NCBI GenBank assembly: GCA_963845755.1
Contig: CAWJTV010000005.1
Coordinates: forward strand, 128,001-192,000
Origin: an uncultured Planctomycetota bacterium
Lineage (GTDB): Bacteria; Planctomycetota; Planctomycetia; Isosphaerales; Isosphaeraceae
DNA: 64,000 nt
Direction of reading: 5' to 3'
In this document: positions 20,424 through 31,386 of the stretch, piece after piece
Position numbering within the stretch: the first letter of the stretch is position 1
Layout: each line of letters begins with the position of its first letter
Made by a program: the position numbers and the translations under genes
Notes under the pieces: model-generated
Told to the model about the DNA's origin: nothing
Seen by the model: the letters and a program-made list of their open reading frames with translations, nothing else
Database searches by the model: none

Positions 20424-22792
20424 TCATTCCGGCTCGCTGAGCTTGGGCATGACGAAGTCGGAGGCAAACACAAGGGTCGTCTTGCCGCCTTTAGAGGGCT
20501 TGACCGTTCCGGAAAGGAGCCGGATCCCCAGAGGGTCGCGCTCACGGCTGTGAAGTGTATAGACCTCGCTTGCCGACCAGTCATAGTCGATCAGGCGAAT
20601 GGTAACGGGGTCTCCCAGTTTCCAGGTGATCGGCTGGGTATACGTATAATCCCAGATCGGATGGTAGGAGTCGCGGATCACCGACGAGGGACCATACACG
20701 TTGCCAGCCACTTCAATGGTCACGCCCAGGTCCGGACCAGAGCCGGCGAGGTACTTGCCGACGGACGGCTCGACCTCGCCGCGACGAAGCGTGACGCGGT
20801 ACTGTCCGGGGACGGAAACCTTATCCCACCATTCCAGGTAGCCGCGCGCGTCGGCGGCATAGTGCCCGTCGGGTTGCTCGCGCAGATATTCGCGCAGCCG
20901 TCGAGCCACCTCAGCCACGTCCTCCGGATGCGAGATGAGGTGGTCGTACGCCTGCCGGTAGGTAGCGAAGTCCCATTCGCGGAGGATGCGGTCCTTGGCC
21001 TCCATCGCCTCGCTGATGAACCGTCCGCCGGCTTGGTGGGCTCTCAGATACTCCTGGTAGCGTTCGATGCGGGCCGCGAAGTGGGAGGGGAACTGGCGCG
21101 AGTAGTCGCGGGCCTTTGCGATATCGCCGTCGTCCAGCCGTTGCAGGTAGACGTCCAGGTGGCGCTGGACCTCTCCGCGCGATGGGCTGTCAGAATGCTC
21201 GACGAGGAACTGACGGGCGCGCTCGATCTGGTCGGCCGGAGAGACATTGGGCAGCGATTCGGAACGGATCAGGTCCTCGACGAATTGGCGATCGAGGGCG
21301 AACCGCTTGGCGTCTCGCTCCGTCTTGAGCGACTGGGCCAGCCTCAGGGCGTGTGTTCGATGAGGGGTGTCGGGGAACTCGCGCAGGAAGGTGTCGATGG
21401 CGGCCAAACCGGTCTGCGGATCCTCGATGGCCGCCAGCGAGCGGGCCTCACCCTGGACGGCCTTCCAACGCTGGTCGTGCCGGACCTGTTCCTGGGCATC
21501 CTCGACCTTCCGGATCGCCGACGTCAGTTGCGGGGCTTGGTCCTTGAGACCGTCAAGCCGAGCGGGGAGATCGGCGGGCGCGGTGCCGTTGGCCACCTGA
21601 ATATCGGCGGCCTTGACCATCCATTCAGCCCGCTTCGAAACGCGCCCGGCGCGCGAGTCGGGGCCAGAAGACTCCGAGTGATGGGTGCCATTCCAGGAAC
21701 TCCGACCATCGCCGCGCGATCGCCGGCGCGGCGCGATCTCCCTCGTGCTCGAAAGCGGTCGCACGCTGGTATCCTAAGATGTCGTAACCGGCCAGCGCCC
21801 CGATCATGAACAGGCCACAGGCGGCCAGTCGCACCATCGATCTCCGTCGCCGTTTCTGTGCGAGTGTCTTGAGCTGCGCGAAACTCGTACGACCGATTCG
21901 ATCGCGGATACCTGTGCTCGTAGGCCTGGACGGATCGCTCGAGCCGGGGACGGTCGTGAGGCGCCAGCTCCCACAGCCGGGTCATCACGGCGCGATCCCG
22001 GGCCTCGAGTTGATCGGCCAGCCAGGAGAGAGGGCCTTCGAGACCCATCGGGTGCAGTTCCGACGGCGGTCGGTTGCCGACAGCCCCCGGGCCGAACGAG
22101 CTGACGGCGAAGATCGCCCCGTCCGGGGCGTGCGCCGCCAGAGCGTGACGGGTCATTCCATAACGCTCGTCGACTAACTTCTCGACTAGGCCTCCGGAGA
22201 GATCGATTGGGGAATCCGGACTCCCTTCCTGCCTCGTTGCGGACGTGCCGCCGTGCACGCGATCGAATTTCGTTAAGAGCAAGGCGACCGGCCGGTCGGT
22301 CGTCGCGTTCTCAGATCGATCGATATAGCGCTCTAAGAGGATCTCCACTTCCTGCTGCCGGCGCCGGCGCTCGGCCGGATCGGTCGAACCTTCCGGGTCG
22401 AGGCAGAGGAGTACCGCGTCACAGTCGGCGAAGAATTCCTGGATCGGCTCTTCCGAACCGAGCGTCACATGCTCGCCCTGATAATCCTTGATGATCAGGT
22501 CGAGTCGGGCGGGGCCATGGTAGAGGCGCAGCTTCAGCTCGGTCTCTGCGAGCGAGCCGGCCATCGGCTGCCCTGACTCGATTTGCGCGATCTTTTCCGC
22601 AAGGTACTCGGCCGTCCGTGCATCCGCCGCGGCCATTCGCAGGCCGGGCACCTGGCCGCTCGACGCTTGGCGGTAAAACATCGCCAGGAGCGTCGTCTTG
22701 CCCACGTTGCGATGGCCGAATAGCGCGACACGGTTCGGCCGGCTCAGTCGCGCCTCCAGCTCATCCAGTCGAATCGTCCGGCGGTTCGTCAT
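20424..22792 (-). CDS. TRAFAC (double-GTPase-like) GTPase fused to a TM helix, helical repeats and a C2-like domain; frameshifts ~21880 and ~21640
   Basis: G1 GHRNVGKTT, G3 DYQG, G4 TKFD, G5 VSSFG; TM in ORF 21625..21837; repeated FL.EFP/HP helical units; C terminus PDLGVTIEV..SSVIRDSYHPIWD..IRLIDYD. Confidence 0.8.
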
Positions 22793-22914
22793 CCTGCGCC
22801 TCGGTCCTGCACATTCCTCAACCCGAGAACTGGTACATCACGTAGGTGTCCCGGTACTTGTCAATCCTTCATTGTACGATCGTCAATAGTCGGGCCTTTA
22901 ATCGAGACGAATCC

Positions 22915-23931
22915 TCACTGCCGAGGAGTTTCCACAAACGGACCGCGCCTCGTGCTGTGCCGGTAGGCGAGCCCCATCGGCCGGAGAATCCATCCGACTG
23001 GTCTGAACATCCACCGAACCGGCAGTCCGACGATGACGAGGAAGGATCCAACGACGACCAATCCCGCCAGACCCATCCCACCGTATCGGAGGATCGGGAC
23101 ATTGAGTCCATACGAGGAGAGGGCCTGGCCGATGGTGTCCTCGATCCCTCGCATGGCACCACCGCCGATGGTCAACACGAGGTGGATTCCGGCCTTGCCG
23201 AATTCGCGAACGGCGTATTCGGTCGCCCGACCGGCATAGTCGACAAACTTCTCCGGGTCGGCGAGGAAGGCGGTAAGGACACCGGCAGCGGCGAGCTTCT
23301 TCTTGTGAGGAAGCACCTGCTTGGTAAAGAACGACCAACCGGTTCGACCGGTCTTGCGCAGGACGCTCAGGCTCTCGGGTCCTTCCTTCACCAAAACCTC
23401 GGCCACGTCATCACCGAAGACTCGGATGGCGCTCAGACCCTCGGGGCCAAGTCGGCGGACCATCGCCTCCGCCTCGGCCGGATAACGACGCGCCAGACGC
23501 TGGGCGGTCTCGCCCAGCTCGACGACCAGGCGCTTCTCCGCGGGTTCGAGTGCCGCGAAGGTACGTAGGCTCTGAGGGTCATGCCGGAGCAGCCGGGAAA
23601 ACCGGCTCTGGAGCAACGTCTCGGCTGGACGATCGATCCGTCGGCCTGCCTGCGCCAACTCGTCAGACCGCCGGATTAGATGTTCCAACCCCTCGTCGGC
23701 CTCGTGTGTCAGGAAGAGCCGGCCGGATCGTCGGATCTCCGCGCAAGCGCCATCCGCCCCAACCTCGCGGACCAATCCCTTGCTGCCGGCCTTGGCCTCA
23801 ACGATCACTTCTTGCACGACGTCGTCGAGCCACGAGAGTTTCCCCGCCCGGACCGCGCTGGGCGAGCCCAGCAGGGTTACCAGGCTCAGGACCATTACGC
23901 CCGCCCAACGCGTCATGCGAGCCATCGCCAT
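22915..23931 (-). CDS. Exported/membrane hypothetical protein, first gene of the GTPase operon (start could be up to 23997)
   Basis: Signal peptide ending AVRA, helical body, hydrophobic LAAAGVLTAFLADP segment and C-terminal TM. Confidence 0.7.
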   Translation of the reverse strand: MAMARMTRWAGVMVLSLVTLLGSPSAVRAGKLSWLDDVVQEVIVEAKAGSKGLVREVGADGACAEIRRSGRLFLTHEADEGLEHLIRRSDELAQAGRRIDRPAETLLQSRFSRLLRHDPQSLRTFAALEPAEKRLVVELGETAQRLARRYPAEAEAMVRRLGPEGLSAIRVFGDDVAEVLVKEGPESLSVLRKTGRTGWSFFTKQVLPHKKKLAAAGVLTAFLADPEKFVDYAGRATEYAVREFGKAGIHLVLTIGGGAMRGIEDTIGQALSSYGLNVPILRYGGMGLAGLVVVGSFLVIVGLPVRWMFRPVGWILRPMGLAYRHSTRRGPFVETPRQ

Positions 23932-24544
23932 CGAAACGACCCCGTTGTTCTGGAGATCCGAGTTCATCGTTACTGGCTCCCGAACCTTCGTTAACACTAT
24001 TTCGTTGTTCGTAGTTCATGGTCCGTTGTTGAACTAGTGCCTTGGGCGCTGGCAGGGGATCACAACGCGCTCGAGCAGCCGATCGCTTCAACCGTGGTTA
24101 TTTCACAGACCACGGCCCATGGCTTCCCAACAGGTCGTCCAACTGCCTCCATGGCCTTCGACGTAAGTCGTGATGATTCCTTAACGATTATACCCTGTGC
24201 CGGGTGAACCGGAGTGCATTTCGCGGGAGAACGTAGGTGGCGCGGTGAAAAGATTACGGCGATCGAACCAATCGACGAGGGAGGTTAGCGATTCGTTAAC
24301 GTCAGTTGGGACAATTACTCCCAACGATTCGGTGTGAGCAAGGCTTCCTGGGACACGCACAAACGCAATTTCCCGATGGTCCGTGAGACGCTGCTTCCGA
24401 ATTTCGGGCCTCGTTCAGATCGCTCGGCTCCAGAGTAACACATTCTTGCGAAGTGTGGCCGGATCTTCCCGGTACAAACTGTTGTAGGGTATTCATTTAC
24501 GGCGAGTGGCCCACGGGCTTTGCGCCGCCAAGTGATTGGCTGGT

Positions 24545-24926
24545 TTGAACCACGCCGGTTTCGACCAGACCTACTCGGGCTTCCTCGCGGACAGGGACGC
24601 CCGCGGGTTGCTCGAGGAGACTCTGGTCGTGACGATGGGTGAGTTGGGCCGCACGCCGAAGATCAATGCGAAAGGGGGTCGCGACCACTGGATGTACTGT
24701 TATTCGGTCCTCTTGTGCGGGCGCCGGGATTCAAGGAGGTATCACGTTCGGCGCCTCGGACGAGCACGCGGCTTTCATCCGAGACCATCCGGTCCACATC
24801 CGCGACATCTGCGTAACGATCTACCACATGCTGGGCATCGACCCCGAGATACTAATCTACGACCGTACCGACCGTGCCATTACCATCGCCCACGGCGGAC
24901 ATCCCATCCAGGTGATCCTGGAGTAA
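24545..24926 (+). pseudogene. 3' remnant of a DUF1501-family gene
   Basis: [11 protein letters not shown]...[47 protein letters not shown]; the N-terminal two thirds are absent. Confidence 0.8.
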
Positions 24927-25227
24927 ACCCAAGATTACGATTGATGAAGCGCGAGGTAGGCCGGCAACGTCGATGGCGTCGCGTGAGGTCGGAGTCGGAC
25001 AAGGCGGAAAGCCGTTTGGGGGTTGCAGGATGGCTGATGGTAGTGCCGGGCAAGCCGTGGTAGGATCATCCTGACCATCTTCGCGGTGAATCCCCGGTGC
25101 TTGAGGGACAGTTCGCCATCTCAACGACGAAGACTGTTCCGGCAATCGACGAGATCTATAAAGACAACGATCGGGTGGTGCTACAGAACGTGCGCTGGAA
25201 ATCCTATGGATGGCGGGCGACGCGGCC

Positions 25228-26713
25228 ATGAGCGTGCTCCTGGAAATGCATGAAGTCAGCAAGACGTTCGGGGCGACCCGGCGCTGGAGCGCGTCTCAAT
25301 GACCGTCGATACGGGCGAGGTGCGCGCGCTGATCGGCGAGAACGGGGCGGGGAAGAGCACCCTGATGAAGATCTTGAGCGGCGCCTATCGGCCCGACTCG
25401 GGGTTCATGACGCTCGCGGGGGATCCATATGCCCCACGGGGACCGCGGGCGGCTCTGGCGGCGGGGTGGCCATGATCTACCAGGAGCTGGCCCTGGCGCC
25501 TCATCTCAGCGTGGAGGCGAATGTCCTGCTTGGCCAGGAGCGAGTGCAGGCCGGGTTGATCCGTCGTCGCGAGCATCGTCGAATCGTGGGAGAGGCGCTC
25601 GAACTGCTCGAACATCCCGACATCCGGCCCGATGCGAAGGTCGGCGATCTGGGCGTGGGGGCTCGGCAACTGGTCGAGGTTGCCCGAGCCCTGATCTCGC
25701 AGGCGCGTGTGATCGTCTTCGACGAACCGACCAGCTCACTGTCGGAACGCGACGCCGAACGACTCTTCGCGATCATCGACCGGCTGCGGCGGCGTGGGCT
25801 GGCGATCGTCTATATCAGCCATTTCCTCGAAGAAGTCCGGCGGGTCGCAGAGACGTATACCGTCCTGCGGGATGGCCGCGCGATCGCCGAGGGCCGACTG
25901 GCGGATACCGAGCTGCGGGCGATCATCGGGCACATGGTCGGTCGCGACCTTGACGATCTTTTCCCGCACGTGCCCCATGAGCCGGGCGGGACGATCCTGG
26001 AATTGGAGGACGTCCGTTCGAAGGGAAGAAGCCGTCCGGCGAGCCTGTCAGTCCGCAGGGGTGAGATCCTCGGCCTTGCCGGTCTCGTCGGAGCCGGACG
26101 AACGCGCCTGATCCGGTCGATCTTCGGTCTCCAGGCGGTTGTCGCGGGGACAGTTCGCGTTGCGCAGGTTTCGGGCGGCTACCAGACGCCCTGGCATCGG
26201 ATCGCCCAGGGGGTGGGATTCCTGAGCGAGGATCGTAAAGGCGAGGGGCTCGCCTTGGGCCTATCCATCGAGGACAACATGACTTATCCGGGCCTGCGGC
26301 GGCACGCGAAAGGAGGCTGGCTGCGGTTGAAGGAGCGTCGAACCGAGGCATCCGCGTGGATGTCCCGATTGCGAATTGCAGCGACCGGCCCACTCCAACC
26401 GGTCGGTAGCCTCTCCGGCGGAAACCAGCAGAAAGTCGCCCTGTCGCGACTCCTCCATCAACAGGCCGATGTCCTCCTGCTCGACGAGCCCACACGCGGG
26501 ATCGACGTCGGATCCAAGGCCGAGATCTATCGCCTCCTCGGTGAGCTCGCCGCACAAGGCAAGGCGATCCTCGTCGTGAGCTCGTATCTACCCGAACTCT
26601 TCGGCATCTGCGATCGAATCGCCGTTATGTCGCGCGGGATCTTGAGCGAGGCCCTGCCCGTCGATCGATGGACTGAGCACAAGGTCATGGAAGTGGCCAC
26701 CCGTGGCGGTTGA
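25228..26713 (+). CDS. Sugar ABC transporter ATP-binding protein (RbsA/MglA-like), 5' frameshifts
   Basis: [12 protein letters not shown] (hand translation), [28 protein letters not shown]. Confidence 0.92.
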
Positions 26714-26801
26714 GTGGGTGACGGGTGGAAACCGGAGTATGGAGAGATCGGAACGCCTCCGATCGCGAATTCCAAATCGCAACGACTGAGGGGACATCGC
26801 G

Positions 26802-27863
26802 GTGTCCATTGATTTCGACGACGACTTCCCCTTGAAGCGTTCGATTGCGTTCCGGCAGACGCTCACCTGGGTCTGGACGGTCTTCGGTCCGTTCCTGGGA
26901 CTCATGCTGATCACTGGCCTATTTACCCTAATGACCCGCGAGTCGGGCCAGTTCCTCACCGCCTATAACTGGCGGACGATCGCCGTGCAGACGGTCATCG
27001 TCGCAACCGCTGCCCTGGGAATGACGCTCATCATGATCGCCGGAGGGATCGATCTCTCGGTCGGCTCGACGGTGGCCTTGGTGACGGTATGCATGGCGCT
27101 GTTCATCAAAAGAGTTGACCCCTTGCTGCCGGAGTTGTTGAGGACATGGAAGATGACAGTTCCGATTGCCCTGATCCTGGGGATCGTCCTCGGTGGATTG
27201 TGTGGCGCGATCAATGGATCCTTGATCGCGGGCCTACGCGTAGTTCCATTCATCATCACGCTGGGTAGCTACCAGGTTTATCGCGGTTTGGCTACATGGC
27301 TGGCTTCGAGCACGACCGTATACTTCCCCGGCGAGGCCAAGCCCGGATGGTTCTCGCAGATCATGGCAGTCGAGCCCGAACCTCGATGGCTCCAAGTGGC
27401 GCCCGGGGTCTGGGCTCTGGCAGTTCTTAGCCTCCTGCTGGCGTTTACCTTGCGCTACAGTCTCCTGGGGCGCTATACCTACGCGATCGGCTCGAATGAG
27501 GCAACGGCGCGGCTCTGCGGGATCAACGTCTCCGGCTTGAAGATTGTCGTCTATGCGCTCGGCGGCCTGGCGACCGGCCTCGCCGGGGTCCTCCAGTTCG
27601 CGTACCTTGGTGGGATCGGTGACCCGACCACGGCCGGAGGTCTCGAACTCCGGGTGATCGCCGCCGTGGTGATCGGCGGGGGCAGCCTCAACGGCGGAGA
27701 AGGGACCGTTGTGGGCACGCTCATCGGCTGCCTCATCATGTCCGTTCTATATAACGGCTGTGTCCACGCGGGGATCCCCAACGCCAGCCAGGATATCATG
27801 ATCGGCATCATCATCGTTGCGGCTGTCGCCCTCGACCGGCTCCGAAGCCGTAACGTAAGCTGA
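26802..27863 (+). CDS. Sugar ABC transporter permease (RbsC-like)
   Basis: GGIDLSVGS, PFIITLG, GRYTYAIGSNE.ARLCG, ELRVIAAVVIGG.SL.GG.G. Confidence 0.93.
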   Translation: MSIDFDDDFPLKRSIAFRQTLTWVWTVFGPFLGLMLITGLFTLMTRESGQFLTAYNWRTIAVQTVIVATAALGMTLIMIAGGIDLSVGSTVALVTVCMALFIKRVDPLLPELLRTWKMTVPIALILGIVLGGLCGAINGSLIAGLRVVPFIITLGSYQVYRGLATWLASSTTVYFPGEAKPGWFSQIMAVEPEPRWLQVAPGVWALAVLSLLLAFTLRYSLLGRYTYAIGSNEATARLCGINVSGLKIVVYALGGLATGLAGVLQFAYLGGIGDPTTAGGLELRVIAAVVIGGGSLNGGEGTVVGTLIGCLIMSVLYNGCVHAGIPNASQDIMIGIIIVAAVALDRLRSRNVS

Positions 27864-27920
27864 ACTGAGTCTGGTTCGATGTACCCATGTTCGCATCGTG
27901 TAGACTGATGCGAGGTTCGA

Positions 27921-27949
27921 TTGACACCGTCGGCATCCCCTACTACCAT
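27921..27949 (+). promoter_or_regulatory. Sigma70-like promoter ~340 bp upstream of the flippase
   Basis: TTGACA-17 nt-TACCAT. Confidence 0.55.
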
Positions 27950-28289
27950 GCGGGCCGAAGACTTCGAGGACATTGACAGTTGTTCCGGAATTCTCGCTCC
28001 TTTGTTCACCAGACAGACCGTCCCGGGAGCAAGCGGGGCTCGTTTATGGCTCATTCGGATGCCAGGATACTCTTCGCATCCGGCAAACCCGGCACGGCGA
28101 AAAGGAGGGCAGTAAGACCAATCTCATTGATCTCGAAGGAGTTTGGCTTCAAAGCCCTGGGCTCAGCGGCCTGCGATCGGGTAAGTTCCCATTAAGGTAG
28201 ACAAGAGGGGCTGTCCGATTAACTTGGGAAGAATGTCAGCGAGCTGGTGATGCTCGTTGTGCTGCGAGCCTTGAACTACGCACAAGGAA

Positions 28290-29850
28290 GTGCCTTCGCG
28301 AATGGTCAGCACATCCGCCAAAGCCCGATCGCTTCGATTTCGGGACAAGAGCCGACGCGCATCTCGGCCAGTGACGAGGCCGGGGAGGCATGACCGCGTC
28401 GATGGTCCCGCCAAGCGAAGGATTGCCTCGAACTTTGCCTGGTTAAGTTTCGCCGAGCTGATCTGCCGGACGACTTCCGTGGGGGTGACTCTGTGGCTAG
28501 CCAGCCGACTGGGAGGCGATGGCTACGGACGGGTCGAGTTCGCCTTCGGCATCGTCTTCTGGCTGGTCTTGCTGCTCCGCGACAGTAGCGACGTGATCGT
28601 CTCGCGCGAACTGTCTCGCCACCCCCGGTTGATCCGTCCCCTGGTCGATCAGGTCCTGGCTTACAAGACACTCTTTGCCCTATTGCTGTACACCGGCCTG
28701 TCGATTATTGGGTTACTGACGCTGTCGGACCGCTCAGACGGTTTCATCCTTTCTCTGTACGGCTTGATGCTATTCACGACCGCGATCGGGTTGGACTACG
28801 TCTATCGCGGTACCGAGCGAATGGGTCTGGTGGCGATCTCGCTCTGCGTGCGGACCGCGATTTACGCCGGGGGTGTCCTTTATTGGGTCCGAGGTCCGGA
28901 GCGGATCGTCTGGGTGCCGATCTGGCTCACGCTGGGCGAGTTGATCGGCATCGCCCTGGTCTGGGGCCATTATCTGTGGAATTATCGCCTGCCGCGACCC
29001 CGGCTCAGTTTTCGCTTCCTTTCCGTGATCGTGCAACGAGGGCGGAACGTTTGTCTGATCCAGCTCTCCCAAGCGATGATCAACTCGGCGGACCTCCTGG
29101 TCGTTGGTATGTTGATGCCTTCGTGGAGCCAGGTCGGACGCTACGGTGCTCCCTACCGGATGGCAACCGCTTTATTGACGTTCGGCTTGATCCTCCAGCA
29201 GGCGTCGTTCCCGACCCTGTCGCGACTCTGGCGACAAACGGCTTGCGCCGGCCGCGAGGCGCTCGATTCCCTCGTGGAAGTCCTGATGACCGGCCTCGTG
29301 CCCGTGTCGGTCGGCGTTACGGTGCTGGCGGATCCCCTGGTTCACTTCCTGCTCCCGGCCAAGGACTACCACGGGTCGGGTTTCCTGCTGGCCCTGGTAA
29401 TCTGGCGGGCGCCCCTCTTGATTCTGGCGTATCTTTACCAGACGACTTTGATCGCGATGAACCGGGAACGTGTTGGAGTCCGGTCGCTGGTAATCGCCGC
29501 AGTAGTGATCGGACCGCTCGTAGCCGTGTTGCAATTGCGATTCGGTTGGCCCGGAGCGGCAATGGCCGTGCTGCTGGTCGGTCTAGGACTCGTTGTAGCG
29601 GGGTACGGCTGCCTGGCGCCGTGAGGGTCAACAACCAGCTTGGCACCATCACCTGGCACGGCCACTGATTGCCTCCATGGTCATGGTACCGGTTTGCCTT
29701 GCCCTTCAGCGATTCCACGTGCACGTAGTTCTGACTGTTGGCGCGGGCGCTCTGGCTTACTCGGCCATGTGGGTGGCGCTTGGGGGCTTGAGACACACAC
29801 GAATGTGGCAAACGGTCTTGCGTCCACCGGACCAGGCGGCCGCGACTTGA
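28290..29850 (+). CDS. Wzx-like oligosaccharide flippase (frameshift ~29620)
   Basis: RIASNFAWL..LASRLGGDGYG, DLLVVG..VGRYGAPYR, FPTLSR; extra TM helices after the shift run to TGA 29850. Confidence 0.88.
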
Positions 29851-29907
29851 TGCGAGGATAGCGATCGGAGCAACCGGGATGGAACGTCTCGCGACAGGAG
29901 GTCGCCG

Positions 29908-31218
29908 ATGAAGTTCTGCATGATCACGACGTTCTTCGGGGCACACAGCTTCGGCGGAGACGCGGCCTACGTCGATCGACTCAGCCAGGCACTCTGCCGG
30001 CGGGGGCATGAAGTCCACGTCTACTACTGTGTCGATGCCTTCAATGCCGTACGCGGGGATCACCCCCTGCGTGAGTATACGCCACCTCGGGGCCTGCACC
30101 TACATCCCCTGAAGAGTCCTTATGGCATCCTCTCGCCACTGGCGACCCAGATGAGCGGCCGCCCCTGGTTCAAGGCCGAGGTCCTCCGAAAAATGATGGA
30201 CGACGTCGAGACCGACGTCGTTCATTTCCACAACATCTCGTTGGCCGGCGGCCCGGGAGTCCTCGGCCTGGGCGCCAACCGGAGGGCCGTGCGAATCATG
30301 ACGGCGCACGAGCACTGGCTGATTTGCCCGATGCACCTGCTCTGGAAATACGACCAGCGGATCTGTGACGCGCCTCATTGTATCCGTTGCAGTCTTGCCG
30401 GGGGCCGGCCACCTCAAGCTTGGCGATGGACGAAGGCCATCGAGCGCGGCTTGCGACACCTCGACGCGCTGGTTTTCCCCAGTCGTCACGCCATGGAAGA
30501 GCACCGCGTCCGCGGACTCGGAGCGTTCGTCCCGATGGTCCAACTTCCCTACTTCCTCCCGGACGGCTGGTCGCGACGTATCGAGGACGAACCACCGGGG
30601 CCTTGCGATCGACCGTACCTCGCGGCCGCAGGGCGGCTGGTCAAGATGAAGGGGTTTCAGCGTCTTATCCCCATGATGCGCTACCTCCCCGAAGCCGACT
30701 TGCGGATCGCGGGTGCCGGCCCATACGAGCCCGAGCTACGTGCGCTGGCACAGGACCTGCCGAATGTGCGCTTCGAGGGGCTACTCGGAAGTTCCGCGTT
30801 GGCCGGGGTCTTCCGAGGCGCCCGCGCCGTGGTCGTCCCCTCTCTGTTCCCCGAAACGTTCGGGTACGTCGTGCTCGAGGCATTTGCGGTACGGACACCG
30901 GTCGTCGTTCACGAGGAGGCTGGCGCCTTGTGGGAGACCGGCGTGCAAAGTGGTGGTGGGCTCGGCTATCGTTCAGACGTCGAGCTGCTCACCGCCCTGC
31001 GCCGGATCATCCACAATCCCGATCTGCGCGATGAGCTGGCCGACCGCGGTTTCGCCAGGCGGATGGGAGAATGGTCCGAAACCTGGCACCTCGACCAGTA
31101 CCTGGCCCTGATCGACCAGGCTCGCACGGCGCGGCCGGGCCGGCCGCTCTATCGTCCCGCACTGCCACGTCTGGCCCGGTGGTCCGAGGCGACGGCCAAC
31201 CGACTGACTCCCGATTGA
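29908..31218 (+). CDS. Glycosyltransferase family 4 (GT-B)
   Basis: DVVHFHN, TAHEHWLICP, GRLVKMKG, PSLFPETFGYVVLEAFA. Confidence 0.92.
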   Translation: MKFCMITTFFGAHSFGGDAAYVDRLSQALCRRGHEVHVYYCVDAFNAVRGDHPLREYTPPRGLHLHPLKSPYGILSPLATQMSGRPWFKAEVLRKMMDDVETDVVHFHNISLAGGPGVLGLGANRRAVRIMTAHEHWLICPMHLLWKYDQRICDAPHCIRCSLAGGRPPQAWRWTKAIERGLRHLDALVFPSRHAMEEHRVRGLGAFVPMVQLPYFLPDGWSRRIEDEPPGPCDRPYLAAAGRLVKMKGFQRLIPMMRYLPEADLRIAGAGPYEPELRALAQDLPNVRFEGLLGSSALAGVFRGARAVVVPSLFPETFGYVVLEAFAVRTPVVVHEEAGALWETGVQSGGGLGYRSDVELLTALRRIIHNPDLRDELADRGFARRMGEWSETWHLDQYLALIDQARTARPGRPLYRPALPRLARWSEATANRLTPD

Positions 31219-31260
31219 TCGTAACTCGGATTGCAGCGAGAGGACGTGAAAAAGCAAGTC

Positions 31261-31360
31261 AAATTAATAAATAAATTTTCTTAAAATTAATTAATTATAA
31301 AATATATATTAAATATTTTTTCTCTTTTTTTAAAATATTTAAATTAAGTATGTGTTAACT
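31261..31360. other. Extremely AT-rich tract (7 G/C in 100 bp)
   Basis: Direct base count, against a GC-rich background. Confidence 0.9.
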
Positions 31361-31386
31361 GAACACCAAACAAGGAGCTGACAACC

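Noticed and set aside
20277..21809. 510-aa plus-strand ORF
   Set aside because: Antisense shadow of the GTPase-fusion gene, typical of high-GC codon bias; no motifs.
28080..28120. c-di-GMP-I riboswitch (GGCAAACC...GAAA) in the flippase leader
   Set aside because: The GACGCAAA segment and P2 pairing are missing.
31261..31360. Replication origin
   Set aside because: No DnaA boxes or dnaA/par/rep genes seen nearby; kept only as an unexplained AT island.
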